Assembly: GCA_024680795.1 (NCBI GenBank)
Contig: JAILBR010000043.1
Location: 1 to 61,780 of the forward strand
Direction: 5' to 3'
Source of the DNA: Bacilli bacterium
Lineage (GTDB): Bacteria; Bacillota_I; Bacilli_A; RFN20; CAG-826
DNA: 61,780 nt
The position numbers were made by a program, and so were the translations under genes. Position 1 is the first letter of the stretch, and each line of letters begins with the position of its first letter. Shown one piece after another: positions 55,327 to 61,780 of the stretch. The notes under the pieces are model-generated. The model saw nothing but the letters and a program-made list of their open reading frames with translations. It had not been told where the DNA came from and did not search any database.

Positions 55327-57296
55327 TGCCACCAGTACGTATTAAAGAAAGAGCAAAAGCCAAAAAAGGCACAATGAAGCGCTTACTAAAAATGCTTTTT
55401 AAGCATTATCCATGGCACTTAATAGTATCCCTCATTTGTTTGATTTTAAATGTTATCACTAACTTATCTTCATCTATTTTCGTTTCTCTCGCTGTTAACG
55501 CATTAACTGCTGCCGGTGTTCAAGGAACAAATCCATTTATTGAAAAATTTGAAGTTAGCAGTACCTTTGGCTTTGTCATTGAAACCAATGTTACATATCT
55601 AGTTATTGTCTTAGCGTGTATTTATGTGGTTGGCATTTTCGCTATTTGGTGGTGGAACCGTACCATGGCGATTGTTACACAAAAATTCTTAAATACATTA
55701 AGAAAAGAAATGTTCAATCACATGCAAGATTTACCTATCAAATATTTTGATACACACGCTCATGGTGCAATCATGTCGCTATATACAAACGATATCGACA
55801 CAATCAGACAATTTATCTCACAAGCTTTACCAAGCTTAGTGCAAACCGGTTTAATTTCACTTCTCGTCTTTATCGTAATGCTTTCAGCATCGGTTTGGAT
55901 GACACTTGTCGTTGTGGTCGGACTTATTGTTATGACAATTGTTGTTAAGAAGATCGGTGGAAAATCATCCAAATTCTTCATCAAACAACAAGAAGCACTT
56001 GGTCGTGTTGAAGGTAACATTGAAGAATCAATTAAAGGCTTAAAAGTCATTAAAGTATTCTCTCACGAAGAAAAGAGTTCAGAAGACTTTGACGCTCTTA
56101 ATAACGAGTTAAAAGACTACGCTACAACAGCAAATATTCATGGTAATATCATGATGCCAATTAACGGCAATATCGGTAACTTCTTATACATCCTTTGTGG
56201 ATTAATGGGGGCATTCATCTATATATTTGGATGGAGAAACTTATCATTAACTGGGTTTGAAGTTATTAAAGGTGATACTGCGAGATTTGCAGGTATGATT
56301 TCACTATTCTTAATGCAAAGCAGAATGTTTGCTAATAATGTCAACCAATTCTCACAACAAATCATCTTCATTGTTATGGGTATGGCGGGTGCATCTAGAT
56401 GTTTAGACTTATTAGACGAAAAACCAGAAGTTGATAATGGTTATGTTTACTTATGTAACGTTAAAGAAAAAGAAGATGGAACGTTAGAAGAAACTGAAGA
56501 AAGAACAAGAAAGTTTGCTTGGAAGCACCAACACGGTGATGGCACACTTGAATATGTCCCACTTAAAGGTCATATCGTCTTAGATCATGTTGACTTCTCC
56601 TATGATGGTAAAAAGCTTGTCCTTGAAGATGTTTCTATCTACGCTAAACCAGGACAAAAAATTGCATTCGTCGGTGCAACTGGTGCTGGAAAGACCACCA
56701 TCACAAACTTAATCAATAGATTCTACGATATCGCTGATGGAAAAATCAGATATGATGGAATCAACATTAATAAAATTAAAAAAGCTGATTTAAGAAGAAG
56801 TTTAGGTATTGTTTTACAAGATACAAACTTATTCACTGGCACCGTTATGGATAACATCAGATATGGACGATTAGACGCAACTGATGAAGAATGTATCGAA
56901 GCAGCAAAGATTGCTAATGCACACGACTTCATCACTCGTTTACCTGATGGCTATAACACTATGTTATCTGGAGATGGGGGCAACTTATCACAGGGTCAAA
57001 GACAATTATTATCTATCGCCCGTGCTGCGGTTGCAGATGCCCCTGTCATGATTCTTGATGAAGCTACTTCTTCTATCGATACTCGTACTGAAAAATTAGT
57101 GCAACAAGGTACCGATAAGTTGATGGAAGGAAGAACCGTATTCGTCATCGCACATAGATTATCCACGGTTCAAAATAGTAAGGCAATCATGGTCTTAGAC
57201 CATGGTCACATCATAGAACGTGGTAATCATGATGACTTAATCAAACAAAAAGGCATGTATTACAACTTATATACAGGTGCCTTCGAGTTAGAATAA
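55326..57296 (+). CDS. ABC exporter, fused permease/ATPase (heterodimer subunit B)
   Basis: GATGAGKTT, LSQGQRQLL, ILDEATSSID, IAHRLST. Confidence 0.95.
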   Translation: MPPVRIKERAKAKKGTMKRLLKMLFKHYPWHLIVSLICLILNVITNLSSSIFVSLAVNALTAAGVQGTNPFIEKFEVSSTFGFVIETNVTYLVIVLACIYVVGIFAIWWWNRTMAIVTQKFLNTLRKEMFNHMQDLPIKYFDTHAHGAIMSLYTNDIDTIRQFISQALPSLVQTGLISLLVFIVMLSASVWMTLVVVVGLIVMTIVVKKIGGKSSKFFIKQQEALGRVEGNIEESIKGLKVIKVFSHEEKSSEDFDALNNELKDYATTANIHGNIMMPINGNIGNFLYILCGLMGAFIYIFGWRNLSLTGFEVIKGDTARFAGMISLFLMQSRMFANNVNQFSQQIIFIVMGMAGASRCLDLLDEKPEVDNGYVYLCNVKEKEDGTLEETEERTRKFAWKHQHGDGTLEYVPLKGHIVLDHVDFSYDGKKLVLEDVSIYAKPGQKIAFVGATGAGKTTITNLINRFYDIADGKIRYDGININKIKKADLRRSLGIVLQDTNLFTGTVMDNIRYGRLDATDEECIEAAKIANAHDFITRLPDGYNTMLSGDGGNLSQGQRQLLSIARAAVADAPVMILDEATSSIDTRTEKLVQQGTDKLMEGRTVFVIAHRLSTVQNSKAIMVLDHGHIIERGNHDDLIKQKGMYYNLYTGAFELE

Positions 57297-57303
57297 GAAA
57301 CAT

Positions 57304-57331
57304 AAAAGCAAGCTTTTGACGGCTTGCTTTT
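57304..57331. terminator. Bidirectional intrinsic terminator
   Basis: AAAAGCAAGC / GCTTGCTTTT between convergent genes. Confidence 0.8.
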
Positions 57332-57352
57332 TTCATACGTTTTTTCTAAATA

Positions 57353-58912
57353 TTAGAACCTCTTTGTAAATTTATTGATGTGTTTATATACACCTTTAAG
57401 TTTTGGGTACATCTCTAAATACACTTTTCTATATAAATCATTATATTGTGCATGTGCTTCTGGATTTGGGGTAAATGTAACTGTCTTATGTGACATTTCC
57501 TTCATTGCTTCTTCTACATTAGCGAATTCACCTAAAGCAGTGAAAGTGGCAATAGCAGCGCCTAAAGAAGTTGTTTCATAAGTTTGCACTCTTGAAACTG
57601 GCAAACCAAAGATATCAGCGGTAATTTGGCAAATTGCATCGCTTTGTGATCCACCACCAGAAATCATTAATTCATTAATCTTGTGTTTTTGACTCTTTTC
57701 AATGGATTCAAGGCCTTCTCTTAATGCATAAACGATACCTTCAATAATCGAACGATAAAGGTGGGCTCTAGTATGGATATCAGAGAAACCAATAATGCCA
57801 CCTTTAGCAAGAGGTCTTCTTAATCCTGGACCCCAATATGGTTGTAATACTAATCCATCGCTTCCAGGTGGGACATTTGCTAAATCTTTATTCAACATTT
57901 CTTCAACAGACATCTTTTGAATTTTGGCTTCATCTATCTTTTCGCTAGCGAAATTCTTGGTAAACCAAGAAAGCATCCAGAATCCACGATAAACTTGTAC
58001 TTCCATGTTATACCATCCAGGAACAGCAGCAGGATAGGCTGGTAAGAAAGGCTCTGGTTCATGATATTTTTTGTTACTAACTTCAATCGTGGAGGCGGTT
58101 CCAAAAGAAACAGCGCCAACTTCATTACTTAAAGCACCTAAACCTATGGTTTCACATGCTTTATCACTACCACTAGCAAACAATTTAATACCATTTGGTA
58201 ATCCTGTTAATTTTGCAAATTGTTCACTGATTACACCAAGCTCTTCACCTGGTTGTTTTAATGGGAAAAGCATGTCACTTGAAACACCAAAAATACAGCC
58301 CTTTAATGATTTGGTACTATCCCATTGTCTTTTTTTGAAGTTTATTGGATAATGTCCAATAACACTGGCAGCGGAATCCACTAGATTACCAGTAATTTTG
58401 TATGTTAAGTAAGTTGAAATATTGACATATTTTTTGGTTTTGCCCCATGTATTTGGCTCATTTTCTTTAAGCCAGTGAGCGGGAGTACGGCATCTATTCA
58501 ACGAGATAGTTGGACCCATACCAACAAGGTTGAAAATTGCTGTATAGATACTTGGAATTTTTTCACTGGCTTTAGCCATACGTTGATCAAGCCATAAGAT
58601 TGAATCTCTGACTGGATTATTATTTTCATCTAGTTGAACAGATGTATCTCTAAATGTGGCGATGGTTGCGCCAACGATTCTATCTAATTTATCTTTGTTT
58701 TTACTTGTTAATTCTTTAACTGCTTCGACAAGATTATTGAAATAGAAGTCTGGTTTTTGCTCAGCAAACCCTTTTTCTTTTGAAAAATAAGGTTCCGGAC
58801 TATAGTTTCTTTTAATAAGTGCTTCTATTTCGCCTTTTTTATTGGTTAAAGCAGCACGAACAGATTGTGTTCCAAAGTCAAATGTTAACACTAGTGGTTT
58901 GTCATTACCCAT
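57353..58912 (-). CDS. FGGY family carbohydrate kinase
   Basis: FDFGTQSVRA, WLDQR, SGSDKACE, GTAST, SGGGSQSD..CQITAD, ETTSLGAA. Confidence 0.92.
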   Translation of the reverse strand: MGNDKPLVLTFDFGTQSVRAALTNKKGEIEALIKRNYSPEPYFSKEKGFAEQKPDFYFNNLVEAVKELTSKNKDKLDRIVGATIATFRDTSVQLDENNNPVRDSILWLDQRMAKASEKIPSIYTAIFNLVGMGPTISLNRCRTPAHWLKENEPNTWGKTKKYVNISTYLTYKITGNLVDSAASVIGHYPINFKKRQWDSTKSLKGCIFGVSSDMLFPLKQPGEELGVISEQFAKLTGLPNGIKLFASGSDKACETIGLGALSNEVGAVSFGTASTIEVSNKKYHEPEPFLPAYPAAVPGWYNMEVQVYRGFWMLSWFTKNFASEKIDEAKIQKMSVEEMLNKDLANVPPGSDGLVLQPYWGPGLRRPLAKGGIIGFSDIHTRAHLYRSIIEGIVYALREGLESIEKSQKHKINELMISGGGSQSDAICQITADIFGLPVSRVQTYETTSLGAAIATFTALGEFANVEEAMKEMSHKTVTFTPNPEAHAQYNDLYRKVYLEMYPKLKGVYKHINKFTKRF

Positions 58913-59097
58913 AACGTCTTCTCCTTAAGGATTATTATATTTATTTTATCACGATATGCCTTAATTTAGTCCCAAATAACATGAATTTTAATGTAATTTG
59001 CAGTTTTAGTGATTTTCTACTTTTGTGTACTCGCGTGTATATGATACGATAATGGATGTGGGTGTAGATGCACCCGATTGCCTGTAGGAGGAAAAAT

Positions 59098-61743
59098 ATG
59101 GCTGAAAAGAAGTATGTTTACGCCTTTGATGAAGCCCATGGCTTGGGAAAAGAAATCTTAGGTGGTAAAGGCGCTGGCTTAGCGGAAATGACACACATTG
59201 GTGTACCAGTTCCAGAAGGTTTTACAATCACAACCGAAGCTTGCACACTCTATTATGATAGTGGAAAACAAATCCCAGAATTTGTTAAAGAACAAATCTT
59301 CGCCGCAATCAAAGAAGTTGAAAGAAAAACTGGCAAAGTCTTTGGTGGAGATCACAATCCATTATTAGTTTCTGTCCGTTCTGGTGCACGTGTTAGTATG
59401 CCAGGTATGATGGATACAATTTTAAACTTAGGTTTAAATGAAAAAACAGCTGCTGCTCTCGCAAGAGAGACAAACAATGAAAGATTTGCGATGGATAGCT
59501 ACCGTAGATTCATTCTTATGTTCACAAACATCGCAAAAGGTCATCCAAGAACCGAAATGGACAAAATGCTTGATGACTTAAAGAAATCAAAAGGTTACAA
59601 ACTCGATACAGAAGTTACAACCGAAGAATTAAGAGATTTAGTAGCTAGATATAAAGAATATTACAAGAAGACATTTGGTGAAGAATTCCCATCTGATCCA
59701 TATGAACAATTATTAGAGGCAGTCGCCGCTGTCTTTAGAAGCTGGGACAACCCACGTGCCAATATTTATCGTATGCAATATTCTATCCCATATTCATGGG
59801 GTACTGCAGTTAACGTTCAATCAATGGCGTTCGGTAACAAGGGCGAAACTTCCGGTACTGGTGTCGCATTCTCAAGAAATGCTGCAACTGGTGAAAAAGA
59901 AATCTCCGCTGAATACTTACCAAATGCACAAGGTGAAGACGTCGTTGCAGGTATTCGTACACCTCTTCACATCGACGAATTAAAGAGACGTATGCCAGAA
60001 GTTTACGATCAATTCGTCAAAACTATCAAAAACATGGAACTCCATTATCGCGATATGCAAGATATGGAATTCACAGTCGAAGAAGGAAAATTATATTTCT
60101 TGCAAACACGTTCTGGCAAGAGAACACCTGCTGCTGCCTTAAAGATGGCATGTGACATGGTTGATGAAGGCTTAATTTCCAAAGAAGAAGCAGTCTTAAG
60201 AATCGATCCAGTTTCCTTCGACAAATTATTATTACCAAACTTCGATAAAGACGATTTAGCAAAAGCTGCTAATAGATTAATCGCAAAAGGTAACCCAGCT
60301 GGTCCAGGCGCTGGCACAGGTGCTATCGCATTTACAGCTGAAGAAGCAGAACAAAGACACGCTGCTGGTGAAAAAGTTGTCTTAGTCCGTGCTGAAACTT
60401 CCCCAGAAGATTTAGCAGGTATGATTGCTTGTGAAGGTATTCTCACTATGCGTGGTGGTATGACCTCACACGCTGCTGTTGTTGCTCGTGGTATGGGTAA
60501 ATGCTGTATCACAGGTTGTGCTGCTGCTTTAATTGATGAAGAAGCAAGAACCTTAACAATCAATGGCAAAGTTTATACAGATAAAGATGTCTTATCTTTA
60601 GATGGCTCTACAGGTAACGTCTACGAAGGCGATATCAAGAAAGTTGCACCAGATCTCTCTAGCGGTAACTTCGGCAGATTAATGGGCTGGGTTGATGAAG
60701 CAAGACAACTCAAAGTTAGAACAAACGCTGACACTCCAAGAGATGCTCACCAAGCAAAACTCTTCGGTGCTCAAGGTATTGGTCTATGCCGTACAGAACA
60801 TATGTTCTTCGATAAAGACAAGATCTTCTCATTTAGAAAGATGATTCTTGCTGAAACAAAAGAAGAAAGAGTCGCTGCTTTAGCAGAAATCGAACCATTA
60901 CAACAAAAAGACTTCGAAGGATTATTCGAAGAAATGCAAGAATTAGGTGTCAACGTTCGTTTACTCGATCCACCACTACATGAATTCTTACCACAAGAAG
61001 AAGAAAAGATTGCTGAATTAGCAGAAGCAACAGGTCACTCTGTTGAATTCATCCATAAGAGAATTAGCGACTTACACGAATTCAACCCAATGATGGGTCA
61101 CCGTGGCTGCCGTCTCGACGTTTCTTATCCAGAAATTGCTGAAATGCAAACACGCGCTATCATCAAGGCTGCTCTTGCTGTCAGTGCTAGAAAAGGTTAT
61201 CACATTGAACCAGAAATCATGATTCCTCTAACATTAGACATTAGAGAATTCAGATTCGTCAAAGCAATCGTTTGCAAAACTGCTGATGAAGTCATCAAGG
61301 CTGCTGGCAAAGATATGAAATATCACGTTGGTACAATGATTGAAATTCCACGTGCTGCATTATTATCTGGCGAAATCGCTGAAGAAGCAGAATTCTTCTC
61401 CTTCGGTACAAATGACTTAACACAAATGACATTTGGTTTCAGCCGTGATGATGCTTCCAAATTCTTACCAGATTACTACTCCAACAAGATCTTTGAAGAA
61501 GATCCATTCAAGACCTTAGATCAACACGGTGTTGGTAAACTCATCAAGATGTCTGTCCAAGATGGTCGTAGAACCAGACCAGACTTCCACGTCGGTGTCT
61601 GTGGCCAAACTGGCGGAGAACCAAACTCCATACACTTCTACCATGTTGCAGGCATAGATTATGACTCCTGTTCACCATTCGGTGTTCCAGACGCAAGACC
61701 TGCTGCTGCACAAGCCGCAATCCGTAGCAAAGGCAAAAAATAA
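59098..61743 (+). CDS. ppdK: Pyruvate, phosphate dikinase
   Basis: LGGKGAGLAEM, SVRSGARVSMPGMMDT, GGMTSHAAVVARG, GIGLCRTEHM, FSFGTNDLTQ; start ATG 59098 after AGGAGG. Confidence 0.98.
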   Translation: MAEKKYVYAFDEAHGLGKEILGGKGAGLAEMTHIGVPVPEGFTITTEACTLYYDSGKQIPEFVKEQIFAAIKEVERKTGKVFGGDHNPLLVSVRSGARVSMPGMMDTILNLGLNEKTAAALARETNNERFAMDSYRRFILMFTNIAKGHPRTEMDKMLDDLKKSKGYKLDTEVTTEELRDLVARYKEYYKKTFGEEFPSDPYEQLLEAVAAVFRSWDNPRANIYRMQYSIPYSWGTAVNVQSMAFGNKGETSGTGVAFSRNAATGEKEISAEYLPNAQGEDVVAGIRTPLHIDELKRRMPEVYDQFVKTIKNMELHYRDMQDMEFTVEEGKLYFLQTRSGKRTPAAALKMACDMVDEGLISKEEAVLRIDPVSFDKLLLPNFDKDDLAKAANRLIAKGNPAGPGAGTGAIAFTAEEAEQRHAAGEKVVLVRAETSPEDLAGMIACEGILTMRGGMTSHAAVVARGMGKCCITGCAAALIDEEARTLTINGKVYTDKDVLSLDGSTGNVYEGDIKKVAPDLSSGNFGRLMGWVDEARQLKVRTNADTPRDAHQAKLFGAQGIGLCRTEHMFFDKDKIFSFRKMILAETKEERVAALAEIEPLQQKDFEGLFEEMQELGVNVRLLDPPLHEFLPQEEEKIAELAEATGHSVEFIHKRISDLHEFNPMMGHRGCRLDVSYPEIAEMQTRAIIKAALAVSARKGYHIEPEIMIPLTLDIREFRFVKAIVCKTADEVIKAAGKDMKYHVGTMIEIPRAALLSGEIAEEAEFFSFGTNDLTQMTFGFSRDDASKFLPDYYSNKIFEEDPFKTLDQHGVGKLIKMSVQDGRRTRPDFHVGVCGQTGGEPNSIHFYHVAGIDYDSCSPFGVPDARPAAAQAAIRSKGKK

Positions 61744-61780
61744 TCAATTACTTTGATTTAGATTACTCCAACTTCGGTTG

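Noticed and set aside
59059-59075. GGGTG/CACCC hairpin upstream of ppdK
   Set aside because: Single short stem consistent with an ordinary 5' UTR stabiliser; no riboswitch consensus recognised
354-61747. Numerous short antisense or nested ORFs in the track (e.g. 354-803, 17115-17507, 40853-41260, 42203-42523, 60045-60569)
   Set aside because: Shadows of well-supported genes on the opposite strand or frame; no RBS or recognisable motifs

Overview
Chromosomal window from a low-GC, genome-reduced member of the Bacilli (Erysipelotrichales/RFN20/RF39-like gut or rumen lineage inferred from gene content; standard genetic code, since TGA is used as a stop and prfB is present). About 1-19.7 kb is accessory and partly decayed. 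It holds a hybrid kinase-Hpt-REC/GGDEF/EAL phosphorelay, a diguanylate cyclase, an HD-GYP protein and two lipoproteins. It also holds several pseudogene relics (AAA ATPase, NHLP-type exporter, TIR-LRR, ZIP), an intact IS607 tnpA-tnpB element, and an ORF-less, highly structured, internally duplicated ~1.06-kb ncRNA candidate with its own promoter and terminator (18.6-19.7 kb). About 19.9-42 kb is mostly housekeeping (uvrB, yitT, frameshifted prfB, secA, comFC/comFA, tsaC-rpiB fusion, prmC, prfA, dnaX-ybaB-recR-tmk-holB-ricT-rsmI, typA). This block is interrupted at the comFA 5' end by a tandem array of [small basic MazF-like gene + alternative comFA 5' end] units. About 42-49 kb encodes three large surface endonuclease I/Ig-domain proteins that share a conserved Cys-Gly-Gly/TM/basic C-terminal signal. 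The remainder is rluA, rimK-like, grpB, ATP-grasp, a TetR-regulated heterodimeric ABC exporter, an FGGY kinase and ppdK. No tRNA, rRNA or CRISPR array was seen. All family calls come from motif recognition by eye, not database searches.
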